Origin: Paramoeba atlantica
Taxonomy: Eukaryota; Protista; Discosea
DNA length: 64,000 nucleotides
Direction of reading: 5' to 3'
Assembly (NCBI GenBank): GCA_977017575.1
Contig: CDRNVI010000156.1
Coordinates: forward strand, 1-64,000
Position 1 is the stretch's first letter; every line of letters begins with the position of its first letter. Made by a program: the position numbers and the translations under genes. Below the pieces are notes generated by a model. That model had not been told where the DNA came from, ran no database searches, and saw only the letters and a program-made list of their open reading frames with translations. Shown here one piece after another: positions 19,592 to 31,678 of the stretch.

Positions 19592-21269
19592 ATGAAGTCT
19601 TTGTTCTTGTTGTTCTTGTTTTTGTTTTGGGAGATGGATCTGGTTTCTACATGTCTTCTTACTCTCCCCTCTGGAGTGGCCGTTCGGGTTGAAAAGGGTC
19701 AGGTTGAAGAAGAAAATGGAGACCTTTTTGAATGGGACTTTTGTGAGGGGATTGATTCGCCTGGTTCTGATTGTGATGGTGCTCTGATTTGCCAGACAAC
19801 GAGCCAAGGAATTCAAAGGAGTTATGGTTCAAGATTACACTTTAATCAAACGGATGTTGGTGCAAATCCTTGTTCTCTTCTTTTCCTTTCTTTTTTCCCC
19901 AAAAAAAAGGGTTTAACTTCCTGAAAAACAGTGACCATGACTTTGACTGGAGGAAAGAGTTGCGAAACAATTGAACGAAAGATAGAAGTTCGCCTTTATT
20001 GTGATGATTCAAAACCTGTCGTTGTTGAGTTGTCCCCCTGTAATTATCTTCTTGTTCTTCGTTCTAGTACCTTCTGCATTCCTGTGAAAAGTAAGGTTTA
20101 ATTTCATCTTTTTTCAGATCCTGAAATTAAAAAACAACAGAGAAGAAAAGAGGAGAAACAGATATTTCTAAAAAGGTGAACAATACCCTCCAAAACAATA
20201 ACCTCAGTCTTGTTTTTCAATTTAGCAAATCGAAATACAAGAGAAACTGGAAGTTCTCCAGCAAAAAATTGCAAACTCTCAATCGCAAAAAGCTGTGGAA
20301 GATCAGAAAAATAAGACCTTTGATCCAAATATATGTAATTACCCACCTTTCAAGGATTATGGTGATATGACATTTAATTTATTAGAGGTGACTTATATTG
20401 CAAACTTGTGTGAACAAATTTCGGTTTGCTTCATTTTCTCTTTTCCTTCTCTTTCGATTTTCTGTTCTGAGAGTGATATTTTTAAAGGGGTGCCAAGGGG
20501 GATATATCTGTCAACTTTTGCCGAATGGAGGTGCCAAGTCACTTGGAACTGGCCCATTAGTCTATTTGGGAAATAATCAATTCCGAGTTTCAAATGGGAC
20601 AATTGGATGTGGAGGGAAGGAACGTTCCTCTCTCATTGAGGTTCGCATATTTTTTTTTTGAAAGAAGAAGTGAAACCAAATTACCCAATTTGTGAAAAAT
20701 CAATTTCTCTTTCTTTTCACACACAGTTACCTCGGAATTGTTTTTCTCTGAACCCAACCATCATTCTAGCTGAAGAAATTGAAGATTGTGAGTACAAAAT
20801 TGTGCTTGGAGATCGATCTTGTCGGCCCAATATGACTCTGGTTCTTTCAAAGAGACAACAAGAAAAAAGAGAAGCAGAAGAGTGGGCAAGAAAAGAAAGG
20901 GAAAGAAAGAAAATGAGAGAATTGGAGTTGCTTCCAGTCCTATCAGAATTCGAAAGGAAGAAAGGTGAAGAAAAGAGGCAGAACAGAAAAGTAGAAAATA
21001 AGGAAAAATCAGAAAAGAAAAACAAAAAAGAAACAGAAAAGGAGAGACTCAAGGAAATCGAAGAGAAGAAAGGAATTGAAAAACAACAATCAACTCGAAC
21101 ATGCCGAATCGAACTGATCGAGCGTCCTGGTGTACATTCAAAGTGTCACCCTGGAAATTTTGGGTGTACAGAGGATGGGATGTGGGTATCAGGTCAATGT
21201 TCAGGGAAATTTCGTTGCAATGGGAGAACTGTTATTTGTTATCCCTTCTCTCGCCACTGTGGTTGTTGA
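19592..21269 (+). CDS. Secreted MRH-MRH-Cys-domain protein, copy A (5 exons)
   Basis: Hydrophobic signal peptide. MRH1: FEWDFC..ICQ..SYGS..C...R...V.LYC....VVE...CNY. MRH2: Y..NLC..ICQ..SLG..NG..GC...RSS.IE....C.....E...CEY. Long K/E linker, then GCTEDGMWVSGQCSGKFRCNG..C..HCGC-stop. No TM helix or ER-retention signal. Confidence 0.85.
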
Positions 21270-21540
21270 TGGTGTTTTTTTTTATTTTTTGCATTTCTTT
21301 TTTTACCAAAGAACCCATTTTTGGGGATTTATTTATATCAACATTGGAAAGGACGATTGACAAAGGAAAAAGAAAATTTTCAAACATTGCATCCATTCAT
21401 TTCTTTTATTTCGACAACAAATCACTCTCCTGAAACTTTTTTCTCAATGTCGAGAAAAGAGCTCTATTTTTGGCTCTTCAAGTCTTGTTCGTTTTGTTTC
21501 CGTTTTCCTCGCTTTGCTTTGGCAAGGCGAAGAGAGGGAG

Positions 21541-22980
21541 ATGAGGTGTTTGTTCTTGTTGTTCTTGTTGTTGTTTTGGGAGGTGAATGTGGTCTCCACA
21601 TGTCTTCTCACTTTTTCCTCTGGAGTGGCCGTTCGGGTTGAAAAGGGTCAGGTTGAAGGAGAAAATGGAGACTTTTTTGAATGGGACTTTTGTGAGGGGA
21701 TTGATTCGCCTGGTTCCGATTGTGATGGTGCTCTGATTTGCCAGACAACAAGTCAAGGAGTTGAAGAGGGTTGTGGTTCTGTACCACACTTTAATCAAAC
21801 CATTCAGAATCCTTGTTCTCTTCTTTTATTTCCTTTATTCGAAACAAAAAAAGGTTTTAACTTCCAGAAAAACAGTGACCATGACTTTGACTGGAGGAAA
21901 GAGTTGTGATGATACAATTGAACGAAAGATGGAAGTTCGTTTCTTTTGTGGTGCTTCAAAACCTGTCGTTGTCGAGTTGTCCTCCTGTAATTATCTTCTT
22001 GTTCTTCATTCTAGTAACTTCTGCATTCCTGAGAAAAAGAAGGTTTAATTTTTTTCAACACTCGAACATTCAAAGTCCAACAGCAGAGAGAGGAAACCGA
22101 TGTTAAAAAGTGAACAATTTTAGAAAACTGAAATCCAAGAAAAACTGGACATTCTCAAGGAAAGAATAGCAAATTCTCAGAAGAAAGAGATCTTTGATCC
22201 AGAGGTCTGTAATTACCCACCTTTCAAGGACCATGGGGATATGACACTCAATACTGTCGATAAAGGAACCTTTATTGCAAACTTGTGTGAGCCAATTTCA
22301 GTTTGTTTCATTTTTCTACTTTCCTTCTCCTTTCCTTCTCTCTCTCTCTATGATCGATGATTAATGAGAGGCTGAAGGGATGTCAAGGAGGATATCTTTG
22401 TCAACTTTTGGCAAACGGAGGTGCAAAGTCACTTGGATCTGGTCCATTGGTCTACTTAGGAAATTATCAATTCCAAATCTCAAATGGGACAAGAGGGTGT
22501 GGAGGGAAACAACGTTCCTCTCTCATTGAGGTTTTTAGATTTTTTTATTGAAAGAAAATTGAATCAGTAGTTTATTTCAGTTTGAAAAGTTCATTTTCTT
22601 TTTCACAGTTATCTCGGAATTGTTCTTCTTCGAACCCAACTATCATTCAAGTTGAAGAAATTGAGGATTGTGAGTACAAAATTGTTCTTGGAGATCGATC
22701 TTGTCGGCCAAAGAACAATACCATGATCATTAAACGAAGAAAGAAAAGATCGAAGACAGAAGAAGGCGAAGAACCAAAACTAAAACGACGGGCATGCGAA
22801 ATCGAGAGTATTGGTCGAGTTGACGAGTCTCACCCAAAGTGTCACAGAGGAAAAAGAGCAACAATGGGATGTACAACAGATGGTGGGATGTGGGTTTTGG
22901 GCCAATGTTCAGGAAAATTTCGATGCAATGGGAAAGTTGTTATTTGCTATCCTTATTCACACAGCTGTGCTTGTGGATGA
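21541..22980 (+). CDS. Secreted MRH-MRH-Cys-domain protein, copy B
   Basis: Close tandem paralog of A with the same 4 intron positions; ends HSCACG-stop. Confidence 0.85.
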
Positions 22981-23188
22981 TATTATGTGTTCTTGTTCAT
23001 TTTTTTCAATTTTGCATCTCAACATTGGGCTCGATCGATCCTGCAACTTCAAACTGAATGTCTGATATCCATATATCAACAACGAAGGGAAAGAAGATCG
23101 AAATCAGGTCCAAAGAAGCTTCTCCACATGGAATCTTCAAGTGCCATAAGATATTTTATCAAATTGAATCCTTTTTGTGGCTCCAACT

Positions 23189-24495
23189 TCAACAAGGACA
23201 AGTCTTCCTCCGAGAAGAACAAACAACATTTTTCCCATTACACAAAAATTTTCCATAACAAGAGCCAGTAACCCACATTCCCTCTGACGTACACCCATAA
23301 TTATGCTTCATGCATTGAACATTCGGTCCCCCTTTCCGGACCAACTCGACATTACATTTCTTTTCCTTCAAGTGGCAAGATTGATCTCCAATGATCAGTT
23401 TGTACTCACATTTTTTTGTTTCTTCGACTCGAAGAATCATGGCTGAGTTACTTTGGCAATTGGGAGGAAACTAAAGAAAAAGTAAAAAAATAAGAATAAT
23501 TTAGATCTCTCGTCATGTAAAAAAGCTTTGCTTCACCTCTAATTTGGTTGAACGAAGGACCCCTTTACACCCCATTGTTCCATTTAAAATTTGGTATTGG
23601 TTGGGCCCAAGCTCGATCAAAGGAGCAGCACCAAGAGAAATCGTTCGCCCATCAGGCAACACTTGACACACAAGAGCTCCATGACACCCCTGAAAATTAT
23701 CACAAAAATAAGCAAAAAAAAAAACACAACAAGAATAAATAAGAGATAAAAATTCGATTTTTACCGAAATTTCCTCACAGAGGTTCACAATATAAGTCTC
23801 CCCATTATCTAGATTGACCATCAATTCTCCAAATTTCTTAAGATATTTTGATTCACACAGAGAGTGACCCTTCACTCTTTCTTTTAAAATTTTTAATTTG
23901 TCATCTTCCTACAAGAGTGAATTGATTCATTTTTCCAAGGAAAGATTCTTGAAATCGAAATTTTGAGGGAGAAAGAAAAACCTTCTTTTTCTCGACACAA
24001 TATTCCGGAGCTTGGAGTTGAAGAAGAGAATGGCATTGAGAAAATTCAGTGATTGTTGGAGGTATTGAGTCGTCGCAATAAAATCGAACTTGTAATTTTT
24101 GTTCCATCCCTTCACACCCTTCATCCAATCCTTTCAAAGTTAAACTGACTGAGAAAGTAATCTCTCCTTTTAATCAAACGAGAAAACAGAAGAAGATAAA
24201 AAGAAGAAAAAACCAAACAAGAATCTGATGCCTCTTTGAGTTGTGTCTTTGTCCCAAAACTCTTTTGAGTTCCATTATTTAAAGTTCGACAGACAAATGC
24301 GCGATTACAATCAGAACCAGGCAAATCAATTCCATCACAAAAGTTCCATTCAAAACGATCTCCCTTTTCTCCTTCAACTTGCCCTTTTGCCACTTCATTC
24401 ACCTCCTCAGATAGGAATGAAAGAGCACACGGTTTGGAAACCACGGATAGCTCCCAAAATATCCCAAACAAGAACAAGAAGAATCGGAACTTCAT
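23189..24495 (-). CDS. Secreted MRH-MRH-Cys-domain protein, copy C
   Basis: Signal MKFRFFLFLFGIFWELSVVS, FEWNFC, LVCQ..SLG..GC...RST..E, very short linker, ends KTCPC-stop. Confidence 0.85.
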
Positions 24496-24726
24496 GACCA
24501 TCTTCACGGTGGAAACATCTCAAGTCTCCTCTCTCCAAAAAAGAAACGAAAAAAAAGAAAAACTGAAGAATTTTTTTGGTCAATTTGTTTAGAAATCCAA
24601 TTTTCAGGCACACTTTTACACAAAAATAAAATTCAAAAAATTATGAAAACTCCACCATGAGGTAGTATGTTATTTTTTCTTCTTTTTTTGGTTGGAGAGG
24701 GAGTTGGTCTCCACTCCTCCCGAAAA

Positions 24727-26172
24727 ATGTTGATCTTGGGATGTTTTGGAGAGACGACGTTCATCCTTCAAAAAAGGAATCTTTTGATCTTGTTGGGGGT
24801 TTATTGTGGAATGGTTGAGATGTCTTGTCTTCTTCCTTTTCCATCTGGAACCCCAATCAAAGTTGGGAGCGGGAAACTCGAAAGAGAAAACGGGAATTCT
24901 TTTGAATGGGACTTTTGTGAAGGGGTTGAAAAGTGTGGTTCTCTAATCTGTGAGATCGACAAGGAAGGAAATTATCAAAGCTGTGGGAATGATTTTGAAT
25001 TCAAAGAAACCTCAAACTCAGAACCATGTTTGTTTTTTTTTCTTTTCACTTTTTCGGATAACAAAAAGAAATCAATCGATTTTGTTGGCAGTGACAATGA
25101 TCTTCAATGATGGGGAAACAGATGGATGTGGAGGGGTATCTCGGCACACTGAAGTCCATTTTATTTGTGGGAATGAAAAATCTCCAAATATTACTGAAAT
25201 CTCGAAATGTAATTATATTCTCCAACTCCACTCCCCACTTTATTGTTCTTCTCCTGTTTGTCTTTTTTCTTTTTTTCTTTTTTCTGTTTTGTTCCAACAA
25301 TATTCTTTTCAATAGATTGCGTTAATGAAAGAGAAAATGAAAGATATCAAAGAGAAAAAGCCAAAGACGCAGAAAGAGGTCAAAGAACCTCAATCTGAAA
25401 AAGAAAAAGTCCCTCAAATTGATTACTCAAAAGTCTGTGAATATCAAAAGTTCGAAGAGATCACGCGGGAGATTCATTCGACAACTTATATTGTGAACTT
25501 ATGTGATAGAATTCTGGTTCATTTTTTTTTGGCTTTCTCTCCTTGCATTGAATAATTCTCAATCTTTCTTTGAAAAAAAGGGATGTGAAGGTGGACTTGT
25601 TTGTCAATTGTTACCTGATGGAAGAGCAAAATCATTGGGATCACCTCCACTGATCCCTTTGGGAAATAATCAATATCAAGTCCAAAATGGAACACAGGGA
25701 TGCCATGGGAAATTCCGGTCCACAATCCTCGAGGTTTGTGAATAATCAACCAAAATATCTTGTCTTTTTCTTCCTCCCTTTTACACTTCCCATTCTTCAG
25801 TTCCCTCCTTCATGTCACTCCTCAAAACCCACAATTCTTAAAGTCGTAGAGATAAGCCCTTGTAAATACAAATTGGTGATGGGAGATCCAGATTGTGGAA
25901 AGGAAAAAAAGGCTGTCTACAGCAAACCGGAAGCCAAGCCAAGTGCCAAAGGAAAGAAAAGCAAACCTTCCTCAGATTCTCATGAAAACGATGAATTCTG
26001 TCACGTGAAACTCCTTCGAACAGCGACCCCACGAGAGAAATGTATTGAAGGGAAAACATTTGGGTGTTCAGGAAATCAACTTTGGGTCTCTTCAAGTTGT
26101 TCTGGGACTTTTCGGTGTAATGGAAGGAAGATAACATGCTATTGGTATTCTCACCAGTGCAAATGTACATAG
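24727..26172 (+). CDS. Secreted MRH-MRH-Cys-domain protein, copy D
   Basis: FEWDFC, RHTEVHFIC..EISKCNY, LVCQ..RST.LE, ends HQCKCT-stop. Start codon uncertain. Confidence 0.8.
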
Positions 26173-26489
26173 AATCGAATATTTCTTGCTGACCATCACT
26201 TTAAGTAGATGATGGACAAAAAAAATTTGAGGTTGGTGAAAAGAAAAAACCTCACAACCACAGATTTAATATTTAATTCATTGACCAATTGATTGGGGGA
26301 AAAAGAATTAACGCTTATAGTTCTCTCACTTTTTAAGAGGTTTTTTTTTTGTGTTTGACAATCATGTTAAAAATTAAAAATGTTTCTTTTCTGTGTTGTA
26401 TCAAGAAACCAAAATCCTCACACATTTAATCTTGCCCATCATCTACTTAGAGTGATGACCAGTTAGGAAAGTGAGCCCCTTTTCTCTTC

Positions 26490-28144
26490 TTAACAGTTGC
26501 ACCGATGAGAAAACCCAAAACATGACACCTTCTTTCCGTTACAACGAAATTCCCCAGAACAACTTGACGAGACCCAAACTTGATTTTGAGAACACCCAAA
26601 TGTTTCCCCATGAATACATCTTGAGTGTTGGGAGTGCTTCTTGAGGAGCTGTACATGGCACCCCTTGTCAAACGACTCCTTTTGAGTTTCATGTTGAACT
26701 GTTGGTTGTTCAGGTGGTGTTGTCACACTCTTTGTTTCCTTCTTTTTCACAATCGCGGTTTGGACTAGGAGGTGGGGGGTGACTTCTGGTTTTGGCTTGG
26801 ATTTCGTTTGCGCATGTTGGGTGACTTTTGTTGGTTTCTTTTTCCTTCGACAAGCTCGATCTCCAATCACTAGTCTGTATTCACAAGGATCCATCTCCTC
26901 CACTTCAATAATTGTAGGGTTTGGTGAGCGACACGATAGAGGAAACTGAAGAATGGGAAGTGTGAGGGAGGATATGAGATATTTTTGATTGATTATTCAC
27001 AAACCTCGAGGATTGTGGAACGAAATATTCCATGACATCCTTCTGTCCCACTTTGGACTCGATATTGGTTATTTCCCAAAGAGATCAGTGGAGGTGCTCC
27101 CATTGATTTTGCTCTTCCATCAGGTAACAACTGACAAACAAGTCCACCATCACATCCCTTTTTTTCAAGTGGATTCATTCAAAGTGGAAAGAAAAAAAGA
27201 ATGGGAGAATGGGAAAATCAAAGAACCTGAATTGTTTCACATAAATTGACAAGATAAGTCACTTCTTGAATCACAATCGTCATATCTCCGAATTTTTGAG
27301 ATTCGCAGATTTTTGAGTAATCCATTTGTTGTTTGCGAGGAGATTCATGCTCTAACTGTAACGAACCAGGTTCTTTGACAACATCAGCTTCAGCTTCTGG
27401 TTCTTCAACCACAACTTCTGGTTCTTTAACCACAACAGCTTTTGGTTCTTCCAATGATTCGATTTGAGAGAGCGGTTGAACAGGAGAAGTTTCATGTCTT
27501 GCTTTGATATCTTTCATTTTCTCTTTAATTAACGCAATCTATTTCAAACTGCTGTATTAGTGTCCCTCCTAGAAAGGAGAATCAAAGAAAAGACATACTG
27601 GAGAAGAACAATAAAGTGGGGAGTGGAGTTGGAGAACATAATTACATTTCGAGATTTCAGTAATATTTGGAGATTTTTCATTCCCACAAATAAAATGAAC
27701 TTCAGTGTGCCGAGATACCCCTCCACATCCATCTGTTTCCCCATCATTGAAGATCATTGTCACTGCCAACAAAATTATTTCTTTTTGTTCTCAACCAGAG
27801 GGAGGAGAGAAAGAAAGGGAGAGACAAGGAACGAAGAACGAACATGGTTCTGAGTTTGAGGTTTCTTTGAATTCAAAATCATTCCCACAGCTTTGATAAT
27901 TTCCTTCCTTGTCGATCTCACAGATTAGAGAACCACACTTTTCAACCCCTTCACAAAAGTCCCATTCAAAAGAATTCCCGTTTTCTCTTTCGACTTTCCC
28001 ACTCCCAACTCGGATCTTGGTTCCAGATGGAAAAGGAAGAAGACAAGACATCTCAACCATTCCACAATAAACTCCCAACAAGATCAAAAGATTCCTTTTT
28101 TGAAGGATGAACGTCGTCTCTCCAAAACATCCCAAGATCAACAT
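26490..28144 (-). CDS. Secreted MRH-MRH-Cys-domain protein, copy E (inverted near-duplicate of D)
   Basis: Exons 1-2 are almost identical to D in reverse complement; longer acidic and T/P/Q-rich linkers; ends HRCNC-stop. Confidence 0.8.
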
Positions 28145-28352
28145 TTTTCGGGAGGAGAGTGGAGAGACCAACTCCCTCTCAAACCAAAAAAAAGAAGAAA
28201 AAATACCGTACTACCTCATGGTGGAGTTTTCATAATTTTTTGAATTTTATTTTTGTGTAAAAGTGTGCCTGAAAATTGGATTTCTAAACAAATTGACCAA
28301 AAAAATTCAAAGCTTCTTTTTTTTGTTTTTGTTTCTTGTTCAAAAGGGGAGG

Positions 28353-29779
28353 ATGTGCTTTCGCAAGGAAGGAATGCACTTCCTCCTCTTGTTGTGTTTT
28401 GGTTTCTTCTCTGGGATGTCAGAAAGAGCTTGTGATCTCACCTTTGCTTCCCAAACCATTAGTGTTGAGAGTGGTCACCTCAGAGATGAGAGTGGAACCC
28501 TTTTTGAATGGGATTTTTGTGGGATTGAGTCGTGTGATGGCGCTTTTTTTTGCAAATCGAGAAACGAAACCCAGGAAAAGTTCAAAACAGTGTCCAAACG
28601 AGAAGAGATATCGAATCGATGTTGAACAAATTTCTTTTTCTTTCAAAATTTTAATCCTTTGAGAAATTTTTAAAAATGATCACAGTCATGCTAACATTAA
28701 CTGGCGATGGCTTGTGTGATCGGATTGAACCAACCGTCCAAGTCCAGTTTTATTGTGAGGACCCAATCCCACCATCAATTACTCAAATTTCAAAATGTGA
28801 TTCCATTCTTGAAATTCGATCTTTGAATTTTTGTCTCAATATTAGTAAGGTTGGTGACCTTCTTTTCTTTTCTTTTCTTTTTCACCTGAAATCCCTCTTT
28901 TTTTTTCTTTTAGGAAGAAGTAATTCAAGAGAAACTCAAAATTATCAAAGAAAAAGTTAACCCTGGAGTACTATGTGAATCTCCAAAATACAAACTCAAG
29001 GAGATGAAGCTTCAAGTGAAGGACGAGACATTTGTTGTGAACCTCTGTGAGGGAGTTCAGGTTCCCTCTTCTGCCTTTCTTTCAACCAACCAGATACAAC
29101 ACAGATCGTTCTCGATCTCATTTTTTTTTTGATGAGAGGATAAAAATATTGATATGAAAGTTTGAAGGATTGCGATGGTGCTCTGATTTGTCAAATCTTA
29201 CCTGACCAACGAAAGAAGTCATTAGGAACTGCTCCCTTGGTCAATTTTGGGAACGGGGAATACCGAATCTGGAACGGGACCATGGGTTGTTTTGGAAAAC
29301 CACGCTCAACCGCGATAGAGGTTTTAATTATTTCTCTCTCCCCCCTCTTTTTTTAAGTAAGACAAAATCAAAAAGCAGTGGGAATAGTGATTGAATCAAA
29401 AAAATGATATTTTTAGTATCGCCGAGATTGCTATTCACCAAATCCAACCATTCTCCGTCTTGAAGAAAGTGAACCTTGTGAATATGAGCTGGAAATTGGA
29501 GATAGCTCATGTCGAGCAAAACAAAAGATCCCAACAAAAAAAAACTCAGAAACCAAATCAAAATCGGGATCATCACGACAATATTATGTTGCAGTTGCAC
29601 CAGAAGCGCAATGTGAGGTTATGCTCCTCCACAAAGGAGGACCACGCGTGAAATGTATAAAGAAAGTAAACTTTGGATGTACTCCCTCTGGAATGTGGGT
29701 ATCGGGCTCATGTTCAGGAAAATTTCGTTGTAATGGTAAAATGGTTCTCTGTTCTCACAACGCAGTGTGTCCATGCTGA
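28353..29779 (+). CDS. Secreted MRH-MRH-Cys-domain protein, copy F
   Basis: Five exons spliced in frame by hand; ends GMWVSGSCSGKFRCNGKMVLCSHNAVCPC-TGA. Start is 28353 or 28374. Confidence 0.85.
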
Positions 29780-29910
29780 AAGAGAGAAAAAAGATTTTCC
29801 TTCTTTCAATTTCTCTCTTTGAAAAAAAAAAACAACAAAAATTGACTAACTTGAGAGGAAGCAAAAAAGAAGGCCTAAAAAACCTTTCTTTTTGAGAAAA
29901 ATTCTCAGTT

Positions 29911-31330
29911 TCAATAACATGGGCATCGTTCAGTATGATAGCTACAAACTACAATATTCCCCTGACACCAAAATTTGCCTGAACAACCGCCACGCAAGTG
30001 TATTGAATAAAAATTACAATTGAAGGTGTCACCCAAGACACATTTCGCATGACCACTTTTCTTAATTAACCCACATTGTTTAAATTCATCCTCTTTTGAT
30101 AGTTCAGGTAATTTTCTTTTTAGCTTTCCAACAAGGTCTGATTTAATTGGTCGACAATCAGCACGTCCGATTGTCACTTTGTATTCACAGTCAATTTCAT
30201 CAACTCCAATAATGGTTGGGTTGTCAGAATGGCAATGAGGAGGAAACTAAGGGAATTTTTAGAGATTAGGGAGAAAGTGATAGTGATATTTCCCTTCCAC
30301 AGTATCATTAGGGCAAATAGTTATTTTGAAAGAAAGTGTTTTACCTCGATGGTTGCTGAGCGAGCTTTTCCAAAACAACCAACAGTGCCGTCTGAAATCT
30401 GGAATTGATTGCCCCCGAGCGCAACCAACGGTCCTTTACCCAATGACTTTGCTCTCCCATCAGATAATAATTGACATCCAATCGCTTTTCCATCACAATC
30501 CTTTTTTCATTCAAATAATCTGTGAATCAGTAAAAAGAAAAAGAGAAAAAGAGAAAAAGAGAAAAGAATGAGAGAAACCTGAACGCCATCACAAAGGTTG
30601 ATAAGAAAGGTTGTCTCTCGAATGTTCATCACAAGGTCGCCTAAATTCTTGAAGTGCTTTGAATCACAGATATTGGATTCAGATAGTACCAATGAATGAT
30701 CCTCTACTCTCCGTTTGAGATTTGCCAGTCTCTGTTGCGTCACAGTCTCCTTTTAAAAAAAAGATGTCAATGAATTTTGTCAAAGAAGAATTCTCCTTCT
30801 TTTTTCTTTTTGGAAACAAAGCCAAACTCGAATCGTGAAAGAGGGACAATAGTCTTGAGAAAAGAGTTTAATAAGATAATCGCATTGTTCCCTCACTTTA
30901 ATTTGTGGGGGTTTCAGATCAGCACAATAAAAACGAACTTCTGTTTTTACCTCAGCTCCATCACACACACCTGACCCTTCACTAAAATTTACGTTTACTG
31001 GAACACCGATTTAAATCAGACCTTTTTGGAAAAGAAAAAGAAAAAAGAGAGAAAAGAAAAAAGAGAGAAAAGAAAAATTGACAAACTGTAGTTTGTTGTT
31101 GTATCATCGATGATGGGAAAACCACCACAACTGATGGAGTGACTTCTACAAATATGAGAATGGCACGATCCAATCTCTTGACAAAAGTCCCATTCAAATA
31201 GAATTCCTTCCTCAACTCCTTCACCAGAACCAACAATAATCTCTCCTCCAGGAACAGGTAAAAGACAAGACGAATGGATCCTCTCACTCAACAACACAAC
31301 AAAGAAAAGAAAAAAGGAACAAAATCTCAT
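29911..31330 (-). CDS. Secreted MRH-MRH-Cys-domain protein, copy G (most divergent)
   Basis: Signal MRFCSFFLFFVVLL, FEWDFC, IGCQ..SLG..GC...RSATIE; C-domain GCSGKFWCQG..C..ERCPCY-stop. Confidence 0.8.
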
Positions 31331-31678
31331 CTCCTTCGTGCTCCAAAGACAAAATATTCGACACCAAGAAGTATGAGATGTGCCCAAAGGGGAGTTAGAG
31401 AACAAAGGAGAGGAGGAGGAAACGCGAGAAGAGAAAAGAAAAAGAGAAGAGAAGAGAAAAGAGAAACGAGAAAAGGAAAAGAGCACAACCGAAAAAAAGA
31501 GCGAAAAGAAAAATCAAGGGCTCTTAATTTTTGGCTGGATCATATTTTTTTGAATTTTTTGAATTTTTTGGATTTTCTCAGCAAAACTTTGAAAGAAAAT
31601 TTTAAATTATCAAATCTGAGGTTTCAAGAATTTCTGAGGTTTTTCGAGAATTGAAAAAAAAAAAAAAAAGAGTTTTCC

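Larger units (their letters stand above)
24544..28330. repeat. Large inverted repeat: arm 1 about 24544-25260, arm 2 about 27595-28330
   Basis: The C-D spacer plus D exons 1-2 is the near-perfect reverse complement of E exons 1-2 plus the E-F spacer (e.g. caatttgtttagaaatccaattttcaggcacacttttacac versus gtgtaaaagtgtgcctgaaaattggatttctaaacaaattg). Confidence 0.9.

Noticed and set aside
24544-28330. Inverted repeat as transposon terminal inverted repeats
   Set aside because: The arms consist of lectin exons and promoter; no transposase or target-site duplication seen.
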